Positions 39,925-49,087 of a stretch of 64,000 bases of DNA are shown here, one piece after another. This stretch comes from an uncultured Chloroflexia bacterium (GTDB taxonomy: Bacteria; Chloroflexota; UBA6077; JACCZL01). The translations under genes and the position numbers were made by a program. The stretch is from contig CAVXYC010000018.1 in assembly GCA_963765765.1 (NCBI GenBank), forward strand, positions 96,001 through 160,000, given 5' to 3'. The notes under the pieces are model-generated. The model was not told the origin of the DNA. It saw only the letters and a list, made by a program, of their open reading frames with translations, and made no database searches. Position 1 is the stretch's first letter, and every line of letters begins with the position of its first letter.

Positions 39925-41136
39925 ATGCTGACTAAAGAGGCGAATGAACGTTTGACGCGAGTTGGGCCGGGAACGCCCATGGGCAACCTTCTGCGCCGCT
40001 ACTGGCACCCCATCACCACAGTGATCGAGCTCGAGAAGGAGCCAGTGCTGGCGGTCAAGCTACTGGGGGAGAACCTGGCGCTGTACCGATCGCCCGATGG
40101 CGCGCTGGGACTCGTGGCCGAACGCTGCCCGCACCGCGGCGCCAGCATGGTCTACGGCATTCCCGAGGACGGCGGCTTGCGTTGTCCGTACCACGGTTGG
40201 AAATTCAGCGATGAGGGCGTTTGCCTGGAGCAGCCCGCCGAGCCGGCCGAGAGCACCTTCAGGCATCGCGTACGCATCCCCGCGTATCCCGTCCAGGAGC
40301 TGGGTGGACTGATCTGGGCATACCTCGGGCCAGCCCCCGCCCCGCTGCTCCCACGCTGGGACATCCTTGTGCGCGACGATCTGAACCGCCGCGTCGGCAT
40401 CAGTCACGTTCCGTGCAATTGGCTGCAGTGCATGGAGAACTCGATGGACCCGATCCACTTCGAGTGGCTCCATGCTTACTATGGGAACTACGTCCAGCGG
40501 AAGCAGGGCAAGCCGGAGGCTATGACCGTGCGCCGGCATCTCCGCATCGCGTTCGACGTCTACAAATATGGGATCTCCAAGCGGCGACTGCTCGAGGGCG
40601 ACACGGAGGAGTCGGATGATTGGACGGTCGGCCACCCGATTCTGATTCCGAACATCCTGGCGGTCGGCGATAGCCATGGGCCGGGATTCCAGATTCGCGT
40701 GCCGGTGGACGACACGCACACGCTGCACTACTGGTACCAGACTCGTCCGCACGGTCCAGAGAATGAGCCGCGGGCCAACATGATTTACGACTATCCCTGC
40801 ATCCACCCGGACGGAAAGATCGTCGTCGAGAGCGTGGGCGCCCAGGACATGATGGCATGGATTACCCAGGGCCCCATCTCACTACGCGAGGCCGAACGGT
40901 TGGGCACGTCCGATAAGGGCGTCATCCTTTATCGCAGCGTGCTGATGGAGCAGATGGAGAAGGTGGCCCGAGGCGAAGATCCGATGGGCGTCATCCGCGA
41001 TCCCGCCGAGAACGATCCCATGATCGTGATTCCGCGCGAGGGACAGACGCTACGTGCCTTCGAGATACGTCGCGACCTGACCGAACAGAACATGAAGCAC
41101 ATGATCGATCAAGGGGTCACCGCTACGGAGAGTTAA
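39925..41136 (+). CDS. Rieske oxygenase alpha subunit (intact)
   Basis: CPHRG...CPYHGW; ENSMDPIHFEWLH; AQD; ERLGTSD. Confidence 0.92.
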   Translation: MLTKEANERLTRVGPGTPMGNLLRRYWHPITTVIELEKEPVLAVKLLGENLALYRSPDGALGLVAERCPHRGASMVYGIPEDGGLRCPYHGWKFSDEGVCLEQPAEPAESTFRHRVRIPAYPVQELGGLIWAYLGPAPAPLLPRWDILVRDDLNRRVGISHVPCNWLQCMENSMDPIHFEWLHAYYGNYVQRKQGKPEAMTVRRHLRIAFDVYKYGISKRRLLEGDTEESDDWTVGHPILIPNILAVGDSHGPGFQIRVPVDDTHTLHYWYQTRPHGPENEPRANMIYDYPCIHPDGKIVVESVGAQDMMAWITQGPISLREAERLGTSDKGVILYRSVLMEQMEKVARGEDPMGVIRDPAENDPMIVIPREGQTLRAFEIRRDLTEQNMKHMIDQGVTATES

Positions 41137-41158
41137 GTTAGTTCAACCGTACTGACAT

Positions 41159-41193
41159 AAGGCCGCGAGCACCGCCTTGCGGCCTTTGTTGTT
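41159..41193 (+). terminator. probable intrinsic terminator
   Basis: AAGGCCGCGAG..CTTGCGGCCTT stem followed by TGTTGTT just after the stop. Confidence 0.55.
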
Positions 41194-41338
41194 GCGCCCT
41201 TAGGGCGCAAGTGTGGCTTGGTTTCTCAACGCCCGTAGCAGTCGGCACACCGCGCAATTCAATGGCGTGGGTCAGGACCTACTGAGCGCCATCGCCGTGC
41301 AGGAGGCTCACAACCGTGTGTTGACACATCATGAGGCT

Positions 41339-41662
41339 CGTAGTGAGCGCTTCATAGGACTCCGTTAAGTCGTAATTTCCGAGTCATGGTGCCCGGAAAG
41401 TGTCCACATTCATGCTGATTTGGCGTCACCGGTCCAACGTTTTCAGCGAATCTGCCGGCCTTGTTGGGCGGAATGACCCATTGGGGTCGCAGCATCCTTA
41501 CGGTTAACGGAGTCCTATTCAGCGCCTTTTCGTCGATAGGTACAAGCAAGCGCAGCAATGCGACGAGCGACATCGGAGGCCAACCGTCCGTACCAGCTAT
41601 CGGCAGCCGCATCGCTGCACTTGCTTTCGACATCACGAAAAAGCGCTGAAGCGACCACTACA
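41339..41662. repeat. GTAG-type REP doublet, left unit interrupted by a MITE
   Basis: CGTAGTGAGCGC-TTCA-GCGC (rejoined) pairs with GCGCTGAAGCGACCACTAC at 41643-41661. Confidence 0.7.
41355..41517. mobile_element. MITE-like element, 163 bp
   Basis: 14-bp perfect TIR TAGGACTCCGTTAA; flanking direct repeat TTCA at 41351-54 and 41518-21. Confidence 0.75.
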
Positions 41663-41703
41663 AGCCTGGGTGTGAGCCATGCGTTAACCGGATTGGATTG
41701 CTT

Positions 41704-43458
41704 CTATGCCGCGCCGCTCGAGAGCTCGGTGCGCGTTAGCTTTCGGGTGAGCAAGACGCAGCCCATGATGATCGCCGTCATGATGATGGCTACCACGCTC
41801 GCCCGCTCAACCGCTCCGTTCTGCCAGAGGCTGAAAAGCAGAGTCGAGTACACGACCGACTTCGGACCGGTCAGGAACGCAACGAGGGCAAGCTCGCCGA
41901 ACGAATACACGAACCCAATGATCCAGCCCGCCACGAAGCCGTTCTTGACCAGAGGCAAAATGATCTGTCGGAACGCCTGCGACCAGGAGGCACCGAGAAC
42001 TCTGGCCGACTCTTCCAGCTCCTTATCGAGCTGAATGATGGTCGAGCTCATGATCCGCGTCTTGACCGGCATACTTCGGATTACGTGCGCGATGACCAGG
42101 ATCGCCAGCGATCCGTAGAGGATTGACATGGGCGAGAAGAGCACTGCCCACAGCATGCCCAGGCCCAGAATCAGTGATGGCATGCCCCAGGGAATCCAGG
42201 CCGCGATCTCGAGTGCCTTACGTCCTCGAAACCGCGTGCGCGTGACGACGTAGCCAACCAATGAAGCCACAGTCATGCCGATCGTGGATGATGCCACGCA
42301 CAATATGAGGGTGTTCATCAACGCGGTCTGCGGCAATTTGAGGTTGAGAATCGCATTCCAGTTATCCATCGTGTAGCCAATACTGGAGAAGAGGTTGACG
42401 CCAGCGGTGCGCATGAAGCTGCTCTGAACGAGCACAATGGCTGGCAGAACAAGGCCAACGAAGAGAAAGGTTGCCACAAGCGCAAATGCTGGCCAGCGCA
42501 GTATGCCAAGCTGGATGGTGCGTGCCGAATAGCTACGCCCACCCACGGTTGCGTAGCTGCGATTTCCAACCACTCGCCAGTTCATGACCACCAGCAGTAG
42601 GGCCATCACCAGCATCAGAAATGCTAGTGTGAACGCGGAAGGGTAGTCGGCCGGCACCGTCTCATTCAGCAGCTGGTAGATCCGATTCGTGAATACGAAG
42701 ATGCCGGCTTGCGTACCCAGAAATACCTCAGTCTCAAACGACGACAGCATGAGCAGGAGCGCCAGGACAAAAGCGCTCATGATGGCCGGGCGCATCAACG
42801 GAAACGTAATTGATCCCAGAACCTTGCGCGGCGCAGCGCCGCAGACCTGCGCGGATTCTTCGAGCGAGGCGTCCATCGCGCGGAATGCGGGTAGCATGAA
42901 CACGGTCAGGAAGGGAGCGATTCCAATGACCGAGGCGAATATGACTCCTGCGTAGGAATAGATATCGAGCGGCCCCCGGTCCACGTTTATGAACGGAAGC
43001 AGTCTCAGGAGCTGATTGAGGTATCCCGTCTGCGGACTGGCGAGAATTGTCCAGGTGAGAAGCTTTCCGAGTCCCGGGAAGAAGAAGCTGAGGACAACCA
43101 GGAACTCGAGCTGGCGCCGGAAGGGGCAATTCGTGCGGGCAAGGATCCACGATAGTGTGACGGCTGTGCCCAGAGCGAACACAACTCGTACAATCGCAAG
43201 CCATAGCGTGGTCCAGGCGATGTTCCAGGTGGACGGATCATTCACCGCCGTGGCCAGCCCCTGAAGGGTCCAGGTCCCTTCACGACCGGGCGAATTGTCC
43301 CGCACGGCCGAGATGACGATGACCGCCGCCGGCGTGATGGTCAGCACGGCAATGATCACGAGGAGCAGCCACATCAGGGCTGTCCCCATGTCAAATTGCC
43401 GTACGGGCTTTAAGGCGACCGGCCTCTCGGCCGGTGAAGCACTAACCGCTGAGCTCAC
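41704..43458 (-). CDS. Fe3+/thiamine-type ABC permease (FbpB-like, duplicated domain)
   Basis: Two EAA loops: MDASLEESAQVCGA and LDKELEESARVLGA. Confidence 0.88.
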   Translation of the reverse strand: MSSAVSASPAERPVALKPVRQFDMGTALMWLLLVIIAVLTITPAAVIVISAVRDNSPGREGTWTLQGLATAVNDPSTWNIAWTTLWLAIVRVVFALGTAVTLSWILARTNCPFRRQLEFLVVLSFFFPGLGKLLTWTILASPQTGYLNQLLRLLPFINVDRGPLDIYSYAGVIFASVIGIAPFLTVFMLPAFRAMDASLEESAQVCGAAPRKVLGSITFPLMRPAIMSAFVLALLLMLSSFETEVFLGTQAGIFVFTNRIYQLLNETVPADYPSAFTLAFLMLVMALLLVVMNWRVVGNRSYATVGGRSYSARTIQLGILRWPAFALVATFLFVGLVLPAIVLVQSSFMRTAGVNLFSSIGYTMDNWNAILNLKLPQTALMNTLILCVASSTIGMTVASLVGYVVTRTRFRGRKALEIAAWIPWGMPSLILGLGMLWAVLFSPMSILYGSLAILVIAHVIRSMPVKTRIMSSTIIQLDKELEESARVLGASWSQAFRQIILPLVKNGFVAGWIIGFVYSFGELALVAFLTGPKSVVYSTLLFSLWQNGAVERASVVAIIMTAIIMGCVLLTRKLTRTELSSGAA

Positions 43459-43503
43459 GGGCGGAGACGCCGGTATATTGTCAAACGCTCAACGGAGCGC
43501 ATT

Positions 43504-44664
43504 CTAATAATCGAAGAGCTTGCCATCCGTGATCCATTTGATGTTTTCACGGGTGGGCAGCTCGTGCTGGTCGTCATACCAGAACATCTGCGGGTGCGTT
43601 TCGGGCGCAACGCTCGGGTGGATCGGCACGTCCTTGCGCGCGACCGCTTCGCCATTCTGAGCGAGAAACTCCTGGGCGGGCTTGGTCAACCAGAACTCAG
43701 CCCACACCTTTGCCGCGTTGGTATTCGGTCCGCCCTTCACCGTGACCGGAATGGTCTGCGTGATGGTGCATCCCGGCAGCGGGCAATGCGTGATGACCGG
43801 GTCCTTGTTCTCCGTGTTCTTGAACGTCGGACCCACACCGATGACCGCGTGAAATTCGCCGCGGAGCACCGGGTCCATCGTGGCCACATTGACGATTCTT
43901 GGCTTGTACGAGGCCAGCGTACGCACCCACTCATCACCATATTCAGCCTGGTTCAAGATCCGCAAGCCGTAGGAGAGGATGTGTCCGTGTCCGCCACTCA
44001 GTCGCGGATCATAGAGCGCCACGAGGTTGCGCTTGAACAGGTCGACCCAGAACGGGTCCCTCAAGACATCCCACCACGTTTTGGGCAGCTTGTCCTCAGG
44101 CACGAGGCTCGTGTTCACACCAAGCCCGGTAGGGCTAGCCTGCCAGACAGTCAGCTTGGTTTGACTGAGAACGATCGGGAAGTGATATTCCACCGACGGG
44201 TCCAGCGCTGACGGCGGGACAAACGACTCCGAGACGCCACGTCCGGCGAGGTTGCGCGCAGAAGTGCCGCCGCAGAGGAAGCTGTCAGCCTGAATTTTAC
44301 CGGCGGCGGCTTCCGCGGCGATCTTCTCCACCTGGGCGTTGCCGGGTCCGTAAATATAGTTGACGGTGATGTCTGGGTACGTCTTCTGGAAGAAGTTCAC
44401 CATAGGCTCGCCCTCATCCGCCTGGCGACAGGTGTACCAATTCATCTCCCCTTCCTTTTTCGCGGCGGGGACGATGACGGTGTCGAACTCGGCGCGGGCC
44501 TGCTGGTAGGCTGCCTGAGCCGGAGTGAGGTTGGCCACCTGCTGCGGTGAGAGCGTGGGCGCAGCGGTGGGAGCCGCGGCCGTTTGACTCTGGCACGCCG
44601 AGAGCACCAATGATCCAACGACGGCCAGCGCTCCAAGCGCTTGACCTAATTGCAATCTCTTCAC
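43504..44664 (-). CDS. ABC substrate-binding lipoprotein (AfuA/family 6-like)
   Basis: Lipobox LSAC; AAKKEG; LPKTWWD; PNTNAAKVWAEFWLT. Confidence 0.82.
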   Translation of the reverse strand: MKRLQLGQALGALAVVGSLVLSACQSQTAAAPTAAPTLSPQQVANLTPAQAAYQQARAEFDTVIVPAAKKEGEMNWYTCRQADEGEPMVNFFQKTYPDITVNYIYGPGNAQVEKIAAEAAAGKIQADSFLCGGTSARNLAGRGVSESFVPPSALDPSVEYHFPIVLSQTKLTVWQASPTGLGVNTSLVPEDKLPKTWWDVLRDPFWVDLFKRNLVALYDPRLSGGHGHILSYGLRILNQAEYGDEWVRTLASYKPRIVNVATMDPVLRGEFHAVIGVGPTFKNTENKDPVITHCPLPGCTITQTIPVTVKGGPNTNAAKVWAEFWLTKPAQEFLAQNGEAVARKDVPIHPSVAPETHPQMFWYDDQHELPTRENIKWITDGKLFDY

Positions 44665-44766
44665 AGACGTTCTCCTTGCATCATTGCGTGAGGGCCGAGG
44701 CAGGCTTCGATTCTATGCCCGGGCCGACAAGCGCACAAGGATTTGAAGGTGCAGCAGGCCAGACCG

Positions 44767-44866
44767 TTCGGACCGCGGCGGTCTTCGCTGCTTTCCCGCC
44801 GGCTGGAAGCCGATGGCGGACGCGCTCCGCGCTCGTAGAAAGCGGCGAAGACGGCCGCAGTCAAAA
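44767..44866. repeat. REP-like doublet (family C)
   Basis: GGACCGCGGCGGTCTTCGCTGCTTT ... AAAGCGGCGAAGACGGCCGCAGTCAAA. Confidence 0.7.
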
Positions 44867-44878
44867 GCCGTTCATCAA

Positions 44879-44914
44879 GAAGAGCGGGACTGATCGAAAT
44901 CAGTCCCGCTCTTC
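44879..44914 (-). terminator. 16-bp stem hairpin after the SBP gene (terminator or mRNA stabiliser)
   Basis: GAAGAGCGGGACTGAT-CGAA-ATCAGTCCCGCTCTTC. Confidence 0.55.
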
Positions 44915-44936
44915 AGTTCTGGCTATCTTCGTAGAT

Positions 44937-46149
44937 CTAGCGGAAGAACGCCTTGTCGAAGATGTCGATGAACTCGTTGTTGCGGGAAACCTGGTCGTCC
45001 GTCCGCTTGGAAGGGTTCACCTCCTCGAGCGGCGGCTGTCCGGCCGGTGGCGGGTAGCCCGGCAGGACGGAGTAAACATTGCGCTTGTCCACGACGACCT
45101 TCTGCCCTCGGGAGAAAGGATCCAGGAATGAACATCTTCGCAGCGTCCTGACCGGGCGCACCCTTGACGACGCCGATGGTGCTCTCCTGGATCGTCGTTC
45201 CGCCATCCTTCATGTAGAACACCTTGACCGGGGCCGCCTGCTGGAGATCCAACAGCTCCGAGGTGACCGACGCTGGATAGAACAGCGAGTATTCACCCCG
45301 CGCGACCTGGCTTGGCGCATTGTCGCGGTCACGTGTAAAGGTCGGCTCCTGGGCCTTGAGGTCTGCCAGCCACTGGTCGCCGAGCTGGACGTAGTTCACC
45401 GTGCCAACGTCCAGGCCGGGGCCATTGCCTCGAGGATCCTCGAGGAGCAGCTTGCCCTTGCCCTTGAAGAAGGGAGTCAGGAGGTCCGTGCGCTTTGTCG
45501 GGATCCTATCCGCGGGAACGAGCTCGGTGTTGACGATTCCGGAAAAGAGGCTGAAGCTGTGCGACCAGCGCGTCTTTCCCTCGGTCAAGCCGGCCGGCGG
45601 AATGTACGGCGCGGTGGGCGGCCCTTCCCACTCCGTCAGGTCACCCTGCTTGTCAAAGGTTGACATGGTCGTCTGCCCATGCGTCACCAGGTTAGCGATC
45701 AGCTTACCGCTGGCCTTCTCGGCCGCGAGGCGCTGGAGCATCCCGGGCCCAAGAAGGTTGACCTTCTCCATGGAGATATCAGGGTACTTCTTGCGGAACT
45801 CGGAGATGACATCGTTCCAATCCTCAGCGAGTCCACCATAGATGACCAGGTTGGTCTCACCCGAGGCCTTGGCCTTCTGGTAATAGCCATTGATAACGGC
45901 GTCATTGTCGGCCTGCGAAGGGAGCGGACCGCCCCTCGCCGGCGGAGGAATGTTCGGCAGAGCCCCGCCAGAGGTCCCTGCTGCCGCTGCCGGCGAAGCC
46001 GCGGCGCCTGGTGAAGCCGCCGCGGCTGGCGATGCAGCGGCCGCGGGGGCAGACGTCGGCTTGGCCGGCGCGGCGGTTGGACTCGCGGGCGCCGGCGAGC
46101 TGCAGGCTACGGCAAGCAGCGACGCGAGCAAAAGGACAATTGCGCGCAT
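44937..46149 (-). CDS. ABC substrate-binding lipoprotein, AfuA-like paralog (frameshifts near 45110-45130)
   Basis: Lipobox AVAC; AASPAAAASP linker; VARGEY; APGQDAAKMF. Confidence 0.82.
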
Positions 46150-46354
46150 TCCTGAGATACCCTCCATCGGGGTCCGGGTCAAATTGCTTTTGCAATCAGC
46201 CAGTGGACTTTTGAACCTCTTATAGTAGCGTGAGCGAGGAGAAAAGACGCAATAAATTCCGATCGCTTGCCAAAGCGCTGGGCGAGTTCCGAGGTGCTCC
46301 GCGCCTGAGCTACACTCATTTCCGCCTGAAACCATCAGAAAGACGGAGAAATCT

Positions 46355-47523
46355 ATGACCACATCGCAGACGCCCGCGTGGCATCGCGTAGACCAGATCG
46401 GCAGCTTGATTCAGACCCGCCGGGCTGGTAGAAGCCTTTAAGAAGTTTGATCTGGGTGAGCTGGACGAGGCTTCCCTGCGGGCACAGCAGGATCAGGCCA
46501 TCCGCGATATCCTCGCGCGACAGGAGGCTATGAAGTTCCCCGTCGCCGTCGATGGCGAGTTTCGGCGAGAGGGATTTCAGGACAGCTTTGGCCAGGCGGT
46601 CAGCGGCTTTGTGGGCGGCGATGAGAACCCCAGTCAAGAAGGGGCAGCTCGCCCCGGCCGAGTTGAATCCGGCCTGGAAGCTCTGGGACGCCCTGTCAGC
46701 ACTCGGCAGCCGGCGGTTGCCCGATTGAAGCTAACGAACAATGTGCCCCTGGATGAATACCTATGGGCCAGCGCCGCGACCTCACTGCCTGTCAAGGTAG
46801 CCATCATTGGACCCGACCGTGTGGCGCAACGCTTTCGATGGGAAGAATCGCTTTCTGTCTATGACGGTCTCGACGATTTCGTGAACGACGTCGTGTCGAT
46901 CGAACGGGAGATGATCTCAGGCCTGGCCGAGGCGGGCTGCCCATACGTTCAGATTGACGCCCCTGGATACACCGCCTACGTGGATGCGCCGTCTATGGAG
47001 CGCATGCGGAAGCGCGGGGAGGACCCGCAAAGAAACCTGGCACGATCTATTGCAGCGGACAACGCGCTCATCGATGCCTTTCCGAATGTCGAGTTCGGCA
47101 TCCACATCTGCAAGGGCAACTCGCGGATGATCGATCCGACCTCCGGAAAGGTCGTTGCACGATGGCATCGCGAAGGGTTTTACGATGCCATCGCGGAGCA
47201 GCTCTTCAGCGAGCTGAATCACAAGCGCTTCCTGCTCGAGTACGACGATGAGCGATCGGGCTCATTTGAGCCCTTGCGGTTCGTTCCTAAAGACCGCATT
47301 GCGGTAGCTGGGCCTGGTGTCCACCAAGCGATCGGACGTGGAGACAGTGGACGAGCTCAAGCGGCGAATCGAGGATGCATCGAAGTATCTTCCCGTCGAG
47401 CAGCTTTCCATCAGCCCACAGTGCGGCTTTGCATCAGGAATCGGCGGCATCACCGTGGGCGAGGACGCGCAGTGGCGCAAGCTGGAGAACCTCCTGGAGA
47501 CGGCTCGGCAGGTCTGGGGCTAA
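46355..47523 (+). CDS. cobalamin-independent methionine synthase II family (MetE catalytic-domain-only) protein (frameshifts near 46412 and 47310)
   Basis: DQIGSL, DGEFRR, VQIDAP, Zn ligands HICKGN, LEYD, SPQCGFAS. Confidence 0.85.
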
Positions 47524-47534
47524 GCAGGCCATGG

Positions 47535-47568
47535 TCTGACACGCGGGATACGTATCCCGCGTGTCAGA
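47535..47568. repeat. perfect 34-bp loopless palindrome
   Basis: TCTGACACGCGGGATACGTATCCCGCGTGTCAGA. Confidence 0.85.
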
Positions 47569-47578
47569 GTGGGAAGCC

Positions 47579-48139
47579 ATGCAACGCGTCTGTGTTATCG
47601 GCGTCACGGGATCAGGCAAAACCACGCTGGCCAAGCGTCTCGCTGGCCAGCTCCGTTTGGATTACGTCGAGATGGACTCGCTGTACTGGAATCCGCACTG
47701 GACTCCTATAGATCCTGAGATTTTCCGCTCACGCATCGCGGGCGTGGCGGAGGGCGATGCCTGGGTCACCGATGGAAACTACTCGCGAGCGCGCGACATC
47801 CTCTGGCCGAGAGCCGACACGTTTGTGTGGCTGGACTTGCCTTTCCACGTGACGTTTATGCGTCTGGTGCATCGGACGTTCAGGCGATGGCTCCAAAAAG
47901 CCGAGCTCTGGAACGGCAATCGAGAGAGTCTTCGAGAGCATTTCTTCTCGAGAGACTCGATTTTTCTGTGGGCCATCAACACTCACCCGCGTTACCGTCG
48001 GGAGTTTCCGCCGCTGCTCGCGGAACAGCGGGCGCTTGGAAAGGCGGTCTACCGGCTGCGGTCCGTACAGGCTGTTGAGCGCTGGACCCACACTGCCTGC
48101 CGACAAAGCGGACCGCGGCGCGCAGAGTCGGCTCGTTAA
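47579..48139 (+). CDS. P-loop kinase, adenylate kinase/FlaR-like
   Basis: GVTGSGKTT, WVTDGNY, VWLDLP, LWNGNRES. Confidence 0.8.
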   Translation: MQRVCVIGVTGSGKTTLAKRLAGQLRLDYVEMDSLYWNPHWTPIDPEIFRSRIAGVAEGDAWVTDGNYSRARDILWPRADTFVWLDLPFHVTFMRLVHRTFRRWLQKAELWNGNRESLREHFFSRDSIFLWAINTHPRYRREFPPLLAEQRALGKAVYRLRSVQAVERWTHTACRQSGPRRAESAR

Positions 48140-48175
48140 TGCAGGCGTCATTAGCGCATTGCGACACGTCTTAAT

Positions 48176-48191
48176 GTAAGTATATGCTTAC
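48176..48191. promoter_or_regulatory. putative operator palindrome
   Basis: GTAAG-TATATG-CTTAC in an AT-rich promoter about 45 bp upstream of the next start. Confidence 0.45.
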
Positions 48192-48233
48192 GCAATCCCG
48201 TGACGTAGCGACTCAGCGGGTGGAGGTCTATCT

Positions 48234-48797
48234 GTGAGCTCGATTGACGATCTAGAGCGAGTGCTCGACATGGCGGAAGCGGTGATGCTCAAAGTCACTT
48301 CAGACGATCTGGCAAAGCCAACGCCGTGTAGCGAATGGGATGTGCGCGCGTTGGCGAATCACATGACTGGCGTCTGCCTTATGTTCGGCCGCGCGGCGCA
48401 GGGAGAAGCCATCGAAGGTCGGCCGACTTTCACTGACTTGATCGGGGATGACCCCGGAGCAGCCTACATCCGAGCCGCGGAGGCGAACAGGGAAGGCTGG
48501 AACTCGCCCGGCGCCCTGGAGAGGACGCTCACCGTCCCCGCCGGCCAGCTCCCCGGCAATGTCGCCATAGCGATCAATACGGCAGACCAGCTTCTTCACA
48601 CCTGCGATCTAGCACGCGCCCTCGGCCACGACGTCGCCTTGCCCGAAGATCTGGCCGAAACCGGTCTGAAGTACCTGCAAATGCTCATGAGTCCCGAGCG
48701 CCGAGGCCCAGGCAAGCCCTTTGGCGAAGAAGTCCCCGTGCCCGACGACACCCCGATCCAGCAACGATTACTCGCGTTCTCGGGGCGACAGCCTTAG
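48234..48797 (+). CDS. TIGR03086-like DinB-superfamily metal-binding protein
   Basis: PTPCSEWDVRALANH, DQLLHTCDLARA, RLLAFSGRQP. Confidence 0.85.
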   Translation: MSSIDDLERVLDMAEAVMLKVTSDDLAKPTPCSEWDVRALANHMTGVCLMFGRAAQGEAIEGRPTFTDLIGDDPGAAYIRAAEANREGWNSPGALERTLTVPAGQLPGNVAIAINTADQLLHTCDLARALGHDVALPEDLAETGLKYLQMLMSPERRGPGKPFGEEVPVPDDTPIQQRLLAFSGRQP

Positions 48798-48878
48798 TCC
48801 GGCGCCGAGCGCTTTGAATACGGCGAGATCGTCGCTTTCTGGCGTGGCTAGCCGCTGGACACCACTCACAACCGCGGC

Positions 48879-48977
48879 GGCCTTGTCATCCTGAGCATTT
48901 AGCGAAGGATCTATCCCAACTGCCTCAAGGAATCCAGCCGGGAAGATCCTTCGCTAGTCGCTCAGGATGACAGGGCC
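48879..48977. repeat. GTCATCCTGAGC palindromic repeat (family E)
   Basis: TGTCATCCTGAGC..AGCGAAGGATCT...AGATCCTTCGCT..GCTCAGGATGACA. Confidence 0.8.
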
Positions 48978-49087
48978 ATGAATCAAGCGTTGCGCCAATT
49001 CCGAACCAGGAGTCTTACAAAGTCCATCCTCTGTGATACTCCAAGACGCACCTGCCCGGACTCTCCGGGCCGGCCCGTCAGGTACAC

